A stretch of DNA of 63,950 nt, the filler included, from Octopus bimaculoides (lineage: Eukaryota), in NCBI RefSeq assembly GCF_001194135.2. It is 8 parts of 7 records of this genome, joined end to end, with 100 filler letters (N's around TTAATTAATTAA, not from the genome) between each part and the next. Parts side by side here need not be neighbours in the genome. Positions count along the whole stretch, not along the records: positions 21,753 to 31,535 come from NC_068987.1; positions 31,636 to 35,257 come from NC_068993.1; positions 35,358 to 57,681 come from NC_069004.1; 5 more parts are not named here. The stretch is one strand, 5' to 3'. How positions within the stretch are numbered: position 1 is the first letter of the stretch; the number at the start of each line of letters is the position of its first letter. Shown in pieces: positions 28,437 to 39,623 of the stretch. The translations under genes and the position numbers were made by a program. The notes beneath the pieces were generated by a model, which was not told the origin of the DNA, made no database searches, and saw nothing but the letters and a program-made list of their open reading frames with translations.

Positions 28437-31400
28437 ATATATATATATATATATACATATGTATGCATTCCGTCATATGCAAACAAACATGAGTTTGTTT
28501 ATGAAGCGCTGAAATGTATTGTTGTACCAGTAGAAAGTTATATTTTTCAACGCGTAAGTACTGATAGGACAGCGTATATAAGATAAAAACCTTTACAGAG
28601 CAGACAGATTTTTCTGCTCTGTAAGGATTTTATCCTGTGTATACTGTTCTATCTGTACTAACGCGTTGAAAAGTATATCTTTCTACTTATAATATATATA
28701 TATTGGTGTGTTTATGTCCCTGTAACATAGCGATTCGGTGAAAGAGATTGATAGAATAAGTACTCTAGGCTTACAAGCAATTAGTCCTGGGGTCGATTTC
28801 TTCAACTAAAGCGGTGCTCCAGCATGGCCGCAGTCAAATGACTGAAACAAGTGAAAAATAAATAAAAAGAATATATTCTCACACACACACACACACGCAC
28901 GCGCGCACATACAAGTAAATTTAAACTGATGTTGCTCATATTTACATGTGAAAGCGTATCTAAACTAAGCAGAGAATAAATTTTGTATTCAAAATATGAA
29001 ATTGTTATTTAATGTGTATTTTCTTGCAATAAAATTGATTTTCGAAATGAAAAATCTTCAATATCAAAAACTTTATTTTAACGCAATGGAATGAAAGCTA
29101 AAATGCTTTTTTATCTAAATAGTAATATATAATTGTACTCATTTTTGTTCGCTTTAATTTTATATCACTTTTGCAAACTGCATGCTATTATTTTGTTTTA
29201 CTTTAGGTTACTCGCCATTTTTAATTTTATATATATAATAATACCATACCGAATATCATATTAAATAATCAACTAGTGAAAAAAAAACCTACAGGAAATC
29301 TTCTTCCCCTCTCTCTCTCTTTCTCTCTGTGTCTCTTTGTCTGACTGTCAATCTCTCCCTCTCACATACACACGTATCTTCCGCAAACACACTGACGTAT
29401 ATACACACATATACATATACATACACGTATACATACATACACGCACATATACTTACTTGCATCCATGCACACACATATACAAACATGCATACGTACTTAC
29501 TTACACACATACATATACATACATGCATACATACATACACGCACATATACTAACGTGCACACACACACCCACGCACATATACTAGTGTCGCTGAAGCAGT
29601 ATTAAATTAAAATTGCAATCTATGTATCATACGTAATATTGTCGACAGTCAAGTTATTGCAGTTGTTATTCGTGAAAAAATTTATTATGTACATGCCTCG
29701 TTTAAAAACACAATGGACATTGGAGAGAGGTGAAAAATTGTCCTAGCAGTGGTTAACAAGAACCCTAGCTTCTGCCGGCACAATTCTCCTAAATGTAGAT
29801 CTCCATCCGTTTTTACTAAACTCAGTAGCTCCAAAAGAAATCTTTTAGAGTTGCAGATATAACTCTAACGTCTTAATGATTTTGTTAAGGGCTACTACGG
29901 TTGGTAAAAGAAGATGGACCTTTCATTCGTAATAAAGAGAATTTATTAACGTATAGGATCATTTCTTTGGCTTCCGATGTCTGTATCAACAAATGAGAAA
30001 AATGTCTTTGATATAGAGGAAATGTTACTCCAGCATGATGACCATGTCATGAGCTTTAAAATTGTTCTCGCGAATATGAATCAATCTAATATGAAAGTTA
30101 CCATTCCATGCAGATAAGGTAACCTGTAGAAAAAATGAAAACCTGTTTGCGATGAGTTTGCTTTTCTAATTATTGAGTATGTATTCCATAGAAGAGACAT
30201 AGTTCTACAGAAATGGGACCAATATCCCATCACAGTTTTAGAAACGCACGGCTTTTGCAATACATTGTAGTGTCCACACATGTCTTGGAAAGGACAAAGT
30301 GAATACAACTTTAGTGAGCAAACGATTAAAGGACTCTTCTTCCTCACTTCTCAAACATGTCCATCGGTTATGTATACATGAATATTGTTCTGTATACAAA
30401 AATCGAGACAGAACGCCTTACCTCATCAGACTAAATCAATCGAAATTGATAGTTGAAAGTCAGCTTGCTATCTTGGTATCATTTACCGCTGGAAGGCCAA
30501 GGTAGATGTATAAATATACTCACGGTGCTAATTCCCATGCCAGAAAGTTTGGGTGTCTTGATCATTACCTTCTCATGCAACCCGAAAAGGAATGAAACAA
30601 GCAACTGATGTTGATTAAGCGTGTGACTCTCGACAAAGAAGATACGTGAAAAAAATTGAGAAATGCACAGATCTAAATTGATACAGTTTTCATCACATTC
30701 ACGACCTTGGAAAAGAAACGGTATATTGCATATTAAACAAAGACGGTGAAGGCGGTGGCGAAGACAGAGAGAGAGAGAGAGAGAGAGAGTGAGAGAGAGA
30801 GGGAGAGAGAGGGGAGAGAGAGGGGGAGACAAAGAAATTTAGGGAGACTTGATGATGTTTTATTAAAAGTAGTAGTGTTGATGGTGGCAGTGAGAGTAAT
30901 AATAAGAGAGAGAGAGGAAGAGGGAGATGATGTACAACTTTGTTTAACCATGACTCTTTGACAGAAATTCCTGTGGCCAACATACTGAACAGTAACTTCT
31001 TTTACACACCCATTTAGACTTTTGCTTTTATCATTTTTGTTTTAGTTTTTGTTTTCTCTAATACATATGTATATATACATATACATACACACATACATNN
31101 NNNNNNNNGTTTTTGCTTTCTCTAATACATATGTATATATACATATACATACACACATACATACATATATATATATATAAAATCACTTTAATTGAAATAA
31201 AAGTGTCTTCCAAATTAAGCATATCTAATATAATAAATGTAAATGTCAGTGTGTCACACTTTTTCAACTTTAATAAATCCTTTCTACGGGGAGCACAAAG
31301 CCTAAACTTTTGAGGGAAGGCATTATGTAGATTACATCAGTACGTAACTGGTACTAATTTTATCGACGTCGAAACGATAACGGGCAAATTCGACCTCGAC

Positions 31401-31635
31401 GGATTCGAAGTCAAAGCCTAACGGCCGACGAAATTGCGCTAAGCATTTCGTCCGGCGTGCTAACGATTCTGCCATCTCGCCGCCTTAATATAATATAATA
31501 TAATATAATATAATATAATATAATATAATATAATANNNNNNNNNNNNNNNNNNNNNNNNNNNNNNNNNNNNNNNNNNNNTTAATTAATTAANNNNNNNNN
31601 NNNNNNNNNNNNNNNNNNNNNNNNNNNNNNNNNNN

Positions 31636-31990
31636 TCGCATAAACGGGGGCAAACCTCGTCCCCATAGCCGTGCCTTTAATTTGGATATAGTTCTTATCA
31701 TTGAAGAAGAACGTATTATTTTCCAGGATAAGTCTCACTGATTCTAGTATAAATGTCACCGTGTACCTGTTGGGAATTGCTTCTCTGTGTTTGTTTACCC
31801 AGCATTCAACCGCCTTTATTCCTAAATCATGTGGGATATTTGTGTATAGGCTTACTACATCGAAGCTCAGTAGGATTGAATTTGTTTCAGTGGTTTTGGG
31901 AAGATGGGATGAAAAGTCGATGTCATCCCGAATGAAACTGGGTATGTATGTACAAAGTGGCTTCAAAAGAATGGCTCACTGGGTCTGATA
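31636..31990 (-). mobile_element. Penelope-like element reverse transcriptase fragment
   Basis: Open frame with FIRDDIDF, LLSFDVVSLYTNIPH, ILENNTFFFNDKNYIQIKGTAMG..FAPVYA (PLE RT motifs); continues into a gap. Confidence 0.88.
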
Positions 31991-32892
31991 TCCGCTTTCC
32001 ATTGCGTAAAAGTAACTGATATCACAATATTTCTAGTATACAAGACAACAATCCATCATGGAGTTACTCATTAGCAGCTGAGTGGACTGGATCAACATGA
32101 AATAAAATGCTTTTGCTGAAGAATACATGGCGCCACCTGTTATGAAAAACGAAATCATGATCTTGCGATCATGACTACAACGCCCTAAATACTAGGCCAC
32201 CTGCATTCATCATATAATCATTGAAGCCTAACAAAATTTACGATTATACTTGCAAAATATTTCTGGAGATCGTAAAGAACTCATGGCTGCACATTTGCAA
32301 CAATTCACTCTATACTAGCCTCCCCCTTTTTTTTTCTAGTTTTTGGTTATAAGTAATCTAAGAATAGAAACAAGCTGAGCTAGCATATCTTCTTAACCGA
32401 AAAGTTTATAAATTTATTACAGAATAGAAACAGCTTGAATTTAAGAAACAATGTTTTTACAATCGTTTGCTTAAAACAAAATATATGCAATGTACTTTTC
32501 AAAATGACCATAAAAGACACTTTCCAATGAAAAGTTTTTACTTCATGCTTCTATTTATCTATCACTTTTTTCTTTTATCTTGTTGCATTGTAAATTGTTT
32601 ATGACATATGTCTTTGTTGAATGAAGTGAGACTTTGGTGTATATTCAGAAGGTTAGCGATATTTGCTCTCACAATAAATTTGATTGCTCTCACATTCTCA
32701 GCTCGTTACATTCTTTAATATTACAGTATTTTAAGCGTTGAATTGGCGAAGTCAATACGGCGTCGAATATAATGTCTCGCAGCATCTGTTCCAGATCACT
32801 GAAATCTGAGCTCGAATTCCACCTACGTCACTTTTGCTTTTCATTTTTATAAGATCGATAAAAAAAAAGGGCATCAATGCACTGTAGTAGTT

Positions 32893-33268
32893 TGGCAGAA
32901 ACGTTAGCACGCCGGTCGAAATGCTTAGCAGTATTTCGTCTGTCTTTATGTTCTGAGTTCAAATTCCGCCGAGGTCGACTTTGCCTTTCATCCTTTCGGG
33001 GTCGATAAATTAAGTACTAGTTACGCACTGGGGTCGATGTAATCGACTTAATCCCTTTGTCTGTCCTTGTTTGCCCCCACCATGTTTAGCCCCTTGTGGG
33101 CAATAAAAAATAGGAAACTTAGCAAGCCGGGCGAAATGCTTAGCGTTGTTCGTCTGTCTTTACGTTCTGAGTTCAAATTCCGCCGAGGTCGACTTTGCCT
33201 TTCATCCTTTCGGGGCCGATAGATTAAGTACTAGTCTTATGCCTAGAGTAGAATAGAATGTTATCTCT
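32893..33268 (+). mobile_element. SINE family D, dimeric copy
   Basis: Two tandem units, each with GAAATGCTTAGC...GTTCTGAGTTCAAATTCCGCCGAGGTCGACTTTGCCTTTCATCCTTTCGGGG. Confidence 0.8.
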
Positions 33269-33685
33269 TGACATTTGTGGCCTGAAACTTTTCCATCCTA
33301 CTTGTGTTACCAAAAACGTCTTACTAAGGTATTTCAAATTCGTTCCGAAATATATTTCGTTCGAAGCTCGACAACGTGAAACTCTGAATCACAAAATGAG
33401 AGGCTTCAGTTTTAATAGGTAACCGAATAATTAAATAAATAACGTATCCACGAGATTGACTGTCAATGGGTGCGCGTGCTGCGTGTGCGTGTCGGTGTGC
33501 GTGTCTGTGCCTGAGTGTTTTTCTAAATATATATGCAATGCATAATCACTAACGTTTTACGCAGTAAAGATGACATCCTATATATTCAAGCTGCGAGAAG
33601 AAATATGTTTATATTCAGCATTGACGTATTTTAACAACATTCTTACATTTATATAAGCATATAAGCGAACCAACTTGCTAAACAA

Positions 33686-34600
33686 TTTAACCGCTGGAAT
33701 GGTTGCTCGCCAAGCTAGAAATCTCCCTTGGTCGGTCGGTGAAGGTTTTCTCTTGGCTTGTTATTTATTGAGCTACACAGTTTTTGCTTCGTTACGCTTT
33801 TCGCTTCGTTTGAAGGCTTAGCGCCGAGTGTTCGAATCGTTGTTTCGCCTGCGGGCCGTTATATATATGTATATATATATACATATATTGTTTTTTTCCC
33901 CCAGTAGGGGCAAAATGAGTGAAATGGTGCAAACACCCGAGTCTGCTAGAGCCGGGACTTACGCTTCGGCAGCCAGCCTGTAAAAGAATGCTACCACCGT
34001 AAACCTGAAAATTAAGGAGGTAGTGATAAATGAACGCGCATTGGAAATGTGTAAGCAGTTTGTACAGACAGAAGGAGTAAAAGAAAAGTTGACGCCATCG
34101 ACAGACATCACCAACGAACAACGTCAGAATATAGTGACTTACTGAACTATGTCACTGAAAACCGGAAAAATAGAAATAGCGAGCGAGGAGGCACTTGAAA
34201 ACTGTCTCCAAGAAATAGTGAACAAATTAACATTCTTCACTAGAGGAAATAAGTACAGCACTGTAGAGGTGCGTTTTGCAACCATAAAGGAGGCGAAAAA
34301 GCAGTCCACAACACCAATAAGAAACGAAGAATGGGTGCTCCTGCCAACATATATCGGCAAGCGTGTTACGAGTCAGGATGGCAGGGCACCCCCCGAGATA
34401 AAAGAAATATGGCTTATAGCTGCAATTCTGGTAATAATACATGCGATTAGAACCAAGCAAATAAACTGCTGGGGCCATGGACTGGAAGTGACAATCCAAG
34501 CCACATAAAAGGACTTAGACGGAATATGCAACAAAACTAGGACATTTATGACTGCATCATCTAAGTATGTTCCAAGCCACCTAGAAGGCATATTGTACAA
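33686..34600 (+). mobile_element. 5' part (UTR plus degenerate ORF1-like frame) of a probable L1/Tx1-type LINE
   Basis: One frame from ATG 33915 through 34508 with two stops: MSEMVQTPESARAGTYASAASL*...TVEVRFATIKEAKK...LLPTYIGKR...PPEIKEIWL; YAxAA and RRM-like motifs resemble LINE ORF1; CpG-rich leader; ends at a TA microsatellite. Confidence 0.5.
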
Positions 34601-34620
34601 GTATTTTTTGCATACAAATG

Positions 34621-34661
<41 letters not shown>

Positions 34662-34716
34662 CACACTAATATATATGTATATATATATATAAGCATATAT
34701 ATATATATATATAAGC

Positions 34717-34759
<43 letters not shown>

Positions 34760-35357
34760 AGTGTATACAAATGTATACACGCATAAAGTTTCATGCTTCA
34801 TTGGGTCTCCGATACAGGACTCATCTTATAGAATTGGGTGAAGTAATTTTTATTTCAGACTTAATTATGATTTGCTTGGTTTAATGGATCAAATGGATAA
34901 TTAGACTCAATTATCTCTTAACTAGCTCTATTGTTATTAAGCAAACCAATCAAATCAAACCTCAGATTACGAAAGTACCAAGGATTATGTAATGTTGTTT
35001 TGACTCGGAAGAGATATATTCCTTATTTTCTCTGTTGGCCTTATTATCATTGTTCTTCATCATTATCATCATCATCATCATCACTGGATTGGCAGAATCA
35101 TGAGACAATCAGCATAATGACTTGTGACGTTTGTTCTGAATTCAAGTCCTGCCCACGTCGACTTATACACAAACACACACACTCGTACTCACCCACACTA
35201 ACACTCTCATACACATGTTTAGCTCTCCTATGCTATGTATATATATATGTATATATANNNNNNNNNNNNNNNNNNNNNNNNNNNNNNNNNNNNNNNNNNN
35301 NTTAATTAATTAANNNNNNNNNNNNNNNNNNNNNNNNNNNNNNNNNNNNNNNNNNNN

Positions 35358-35550
35358 CCCCAAGATTCTGAATTCAATACCAGGCAGTGACCTGAATAAT
35401 AATAATAGCATTGAAAAATACCTTAAGAATGAGAACCCAGGTTCGAAATTTCCCCAAAACACCTGATGAAGGCTGGAGGGTATATCAGCTGAAACGTTGG
35501 ATTAACAACAAACAAGATGAGGACAGATATCCATCAAATGTAAATAATGT
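35358..35550 (+). mobile_element. Penelope-type terminal (pLTR-like) segment carrying a hammerhead-like motif
   Basis: CAC-CTGATGA-A-GGCTG...CAGCT-GAAA-CG-TT at about 35460-35498, abutting the GIY-YIG remnant in opposite orientation. Confidence 0.6.
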
Positions 35551-36040
35551 AAATTTTCTTAATTTAAACGTTCTTGTATAGAAATTCTATCTTTGCACTG
35601 GTAGAAGGGGAAAAGTGTGAAATTTGGTTTGATGTTACCTGCACATCTCTCTATGAGTTCACTTAAAGGAATCTATCTGTATTGCGGGAACCAGATCTGC
35701 TCTTTATGTAGAGTGGGTCTCCATCTCAATGTCATATTCGTCTGTCCTGTATAGTGATGTCCACAACCCAAGTGGGTTATTACAAGTGGATTCTCAGAGG
35801 CACAAGTGAAATTGGTTTTAATTGTGAACTTCTGTCCTTGTTTGAAAAGGAAATCTGAGCCTTCAAGTAGGTTGGGGCATGCTCCACATTTTGGGCATCC
35901 ACATTTTTTAACTTGGTTTCATGGTTGTTATGTAAAGCTTCGCATTTGTTAGAAGTGTCTTTAGCGATTTGTGTTGCTTTTTGCATTTGATGAATTTATG
36001 TGCTTTCAGGATGTTTTTTATTTTAGGGTCTGTAGTTAGT
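35545..36040 (-). mobile_element. Penelope-like GIY-YIG endonuclease remnant
   Basis: KKCGCPKCGACPNLLEG...FTCASENPLVITHLGCGHHYTGQT...LHKEQI...FPFYQC...ERLN*E: Cys-rich linker plus degenerate GIY-YIG; contains stops. Confidence 0.75.
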
Positions 36041-36494
36041 AAAACACTAAAAACACTAAGGACAACCAAACTTAACACCAACCCTCATCTTAAAATACTA
36101 CTGTATATATTAACTCACAACCCTAGAAACAATGAGGCGAACAACACTATTAAGTAAAATCTTCTTTTACTAACTAGAGACCCAAAAATGAACAACATCC
36201 TGAAAGCACATAAATTCATCAAATGCAAAAAGCAACGCAAAACTTAACCATTTGGCACAACACACCAATAGAATAAGTACTAGGCTTACAAAGAATAAAT
36301 CCTCAGGTCAATTTCCTTGACTAAAAGCGGTGCTCCAGCATGGTCGCAGTCACATGACTGAAACAAGTAAAACAATAAAAATCAACGCCATGTTGATCCC
36401 TATCAACACTGGGTATCTCTATTAGTAATATCTAAGTACAGAAAGTAATATAGATAATAATAAATAAATGTCTTGTATGAAAATTATGAAACAT

Positions 36495-37055
36495 TTACAG
36501 AACTTCAGTATATACACTGTTTTTAACACTTTTCTTTGGAGCGTATATGAAGAGTTTCTGTGGGCTTCCTCCTCAGGAACAACCTTCATACAATTGACCA
36601 TGTGAGAAATAGCTCTCTTCTAGATGGAGACCAACAACCTGCAGTGTTTGGTATTGGGACTTGTTAATGGTCATTGCATAACCGACTCTTACTAGGAATT
36701 GCAATCGTTTGAAATGAAAAGGGACATCTATTGGTATTAGTAGTATTCTAGGTATACATACGATATCTCCCTCAGCACATCCATTGAGGGTTTTTACTTT
36801 GATAGTTCAGTTACAACCATATGTGAACCATTGCACAATCATAGCTGATCCAAGATTCTGAGAAGCATGATGATTGTGCCCTTCTTCAATTCAAGGTTGT
36901 GTGGTGGCATACCAGATGGTTCCAGACTGTTGAGGAAATCAACAGGCTAATGAACAGCATTGTCTTCGTCAACAACTTTGCCGATAGATTTATAGATGTG
37001 GCTACCTCCAGGGATCATCTGTAAGATTTTTGTTGATGGTATTTACAGTAATGTT
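36495..37055 (-). mobile_element. Helitron RepHel PIF1-helicase C-terminal fragment
   Basis: FLNSLEPSGMPPHNLELKKG...IPRILLIP..PFHFKRLQFLVRVGYAMTINKSQYQTLQVVGLHLEESYFSHGQLYEGCS*...KTVYTEVL; a TGA stop replaces the expected Arg codon. Confidence 0.88.
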
Positions 37056-37398
37056 TTGGGGGTTAAGATTGTGTCTCACTTGTTTTTTTCTCCTTAACCT
37101 CCTTTCTATCTGTCTCACATGTTTTCTCTAGAGAGAAAAAGACGTAGAAGTAATGAGAGAGAGACACATATACAACCAGAGAGAGATAGAGAAAGAGTGG
37201 GACATATAGACAGAGAGAAAGCAGAAGTCCAGCGGTGACTTCAAAGGAATTGATGTAATGTATAAACTTAGAAAAAAAAGTTGGAGGTGGATTGAGTGAT
37301 AGGTGGAGTAGACAAGCAAAACCTGAAATATTATCAATCTTATTTAGCATTTTCAGTAGTCATTGTACAAACAAAGAAACAAACTTTGCTTTCTATAA

Positions 37399-37438
<40 letters not shown>

Positions 37439-37707
37439 AGGGAAGTTATGGAAGAGGGAGACCCAGGAAGATATGGGACAAAATATTGAAGGCTAATCTC
37501 AAAACACTGAGCCTTATGAAGGAGATGGCAGAGGACCAACATATGTGATGCATTGCTGTTCTCAAGAAGACCTGCCTACCACAACTGAATTGAGATCCTA
37601 AAACCAAAGTGCCACATAAGAAGCATTGATCTGGGTGATGGTGCCAGGTAATAGCACCCAGTACACTCTATAAAGTAGTTGGCATTAAGAAAGGCATCCA
37701 GCTATAG

Positions 37708-37924
37708 AAATCCTTTAGCATTTAAACCAGCTAAATCCGGCACAAATATTCTATGTATTTTATGTTCAAACCAGCTTCTCTCACTTTCCCTACAATTTCA
37801 TTCTAAAAATAAACAATCACATCATTGAAATCTCAAAGCTATGATATAATGCAAGATTAATACACAATGATGGGAATAAATAAGTATTACATTTGACAGG
37901 ATAATCTGAATGATAAAGGGTTAA
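37708..37924. mobile_element. piggyBac-type MITE, copy 3
   Basis: CCTTTAGCATTTAAACC ... AATGATAAAGGG|TTAA; interior matches the other two copies. Confidence 0.7.
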
Positions 37925-38828
37925 AGAAAAAAAAATGAAAAACTTACATGACTAAACTTTCCAGAAACTTTAACTGGTCACCTGACATTGAGAACTGCAG
38001 AAGTCACTTATGTCTTGAATTTTATATTCCATCTAAATTCCAGACATTATAAGCTTTTTGTTCTTTTACATCATACCTGGTATTCCTAAGACTGTCACCA
38101 GTTGATTAAATTCATTCACATGCTTAGTCTGGTACTTATATAATCAATCTCTGTTTATCAGCTGGCTAAGTCTGCCTTTAGGTTAAAGGGATGTAACTCA
38201 ACAATGTACTTTGTTTACATACTTTTTTACTCTCACTAACACATCATCATCATCATCATCATCATCGTTTTAACATCCACATTTCCATGCTTATATGGGT
38301 GGATCATAGTTATTGAGCAGGTCTTCTATAGCTGGATGCCTTTCATATTGCCAACCCTCACCAGTTTCCAAGCAAGGTAATGCTTCTGCATGGTCAGAGA
38401 TGTTTTTGCAGAATATTGGAAATGAATGATATCACTTCTATGTCAGTGACACTCATTTACAACTATTTCATGATGTCAAGGCAAGGAGACACATACATAC
38501 ATACACTCACATTCATGTACACACACACGCATGTGCACACACACGCACACACACATGCTCACACGCGATAAGCTTCTCTAATGTCTCCCTCTACCAAATC
38601 CTCTCACAAGGTGCTTTGATTGGCCTACGGCTATAAGTAGAACACATTTTCCCAGGGTGCTATGCAGTGGGACTGAACCCCAAACCATAGGAATGGGAAG
38701 CACACATCTTGATCACAGTCACACCAGCACCTATGTTTGAAAAAAGAAGACTAGAGGAGCAGAAAATATCTTTTTTTTGTGTCTTTGCATTATTTTATTT
38801 CAGTATTTTTTTTTCTGTATCTTTTCAG

Positions 38829-38902
38829 ATTGATCTCCCAAATCAACATAATCATTTTATGCCATAATGATACATCTGAAAATAGTTCCATTGTACACAG
38901 TG
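38829..38902 (+). other. Candidate upstream exon of SLC20 (74 nt)
   Basis: Strong acceptor (TTTTTTTCTGTATCTTTTCAG) and consensus donor (GTG|GTAAGT) in non-repeat sequence 13 kb upstream of the first coding exon; ATG at 38867 runs open to the donor. No transcript evidence. Confidence 0.5.
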
Positions 38903-39249
38903 GTAAGTATACAACCTCCCTGATTTATGTTTAGTAAATTATATGTTCATGCATATATGTCCATCTGTGTGTTTACTATTATGCTTTCAAAGACATATGG
39001 TAAATGTTAGCAGCAAGAAGGGTCTCCAGTTGTAAAACACTGCTTTGATTATATATTTATCTAAGTTATACTAGCATAGAAAGTGGATTTTAAAATGAAT
39101 GAATGAATGAATATATATCACCAGCTGGTGGATGATCTGCTTGGGGTTAAACTAGTAGTAACATGGAACAGCCACAGTGATGTGGTGATTAACTTTACTT
39201 GTTGGTATAGTTACTACTCTCATCTCTTATTGAGATTTTACAACTAACT

Positions 39250-39445
39250 ATTTTGCATGTATATATATATAGTGAGAATTTACAAAAAAAAAACAAAAGA
39301 TGAAGATGGGTGTGTAAACAACAAACAGATGTATTAGTTTAACAATCGGGAAGTGCGGATGTCTTTTACGTTTCAAGCCTACGCTCTTCAACAGAAAGGA
39401 ACACAGAAAATAAACAGGGAGAGAAAATAGAAATATATGTATATG
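39250..39445 (-). mobile_element. Short Penelope-type terminal element, copy 1 (hammerhead-like motif on minus strand)
   Basis: Reverse-complement match to 28120-28300; flanked by TA repeats. Confidence 0.55.
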
Positions 39446-39454
39446 TATAGAGTG

Positions 39455-39500
<46 letters not shown>

Positions 39501-39623
39501 GTATATACACATACAGTGGGAGTTGTATTGTAATCACTTTAGGACATAATCTATTTGCTAACAATAAACAACAGATAATTGTTATTTATTGTTGATATCA
39601 CTGAGCAAACAATATACAAATAC

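Noticed and set aside
29700-30530. Possible decayed LINE C-terminus (YLGLP and CPLC fragments, minus strand)
   Set aside because: Only two short motifs amid many stops; not enough to call.
31044-31160. Short duplication around an 11-N gap (similar case at 3492-3600)
   Set aside because: Contig-end overlap artefact.
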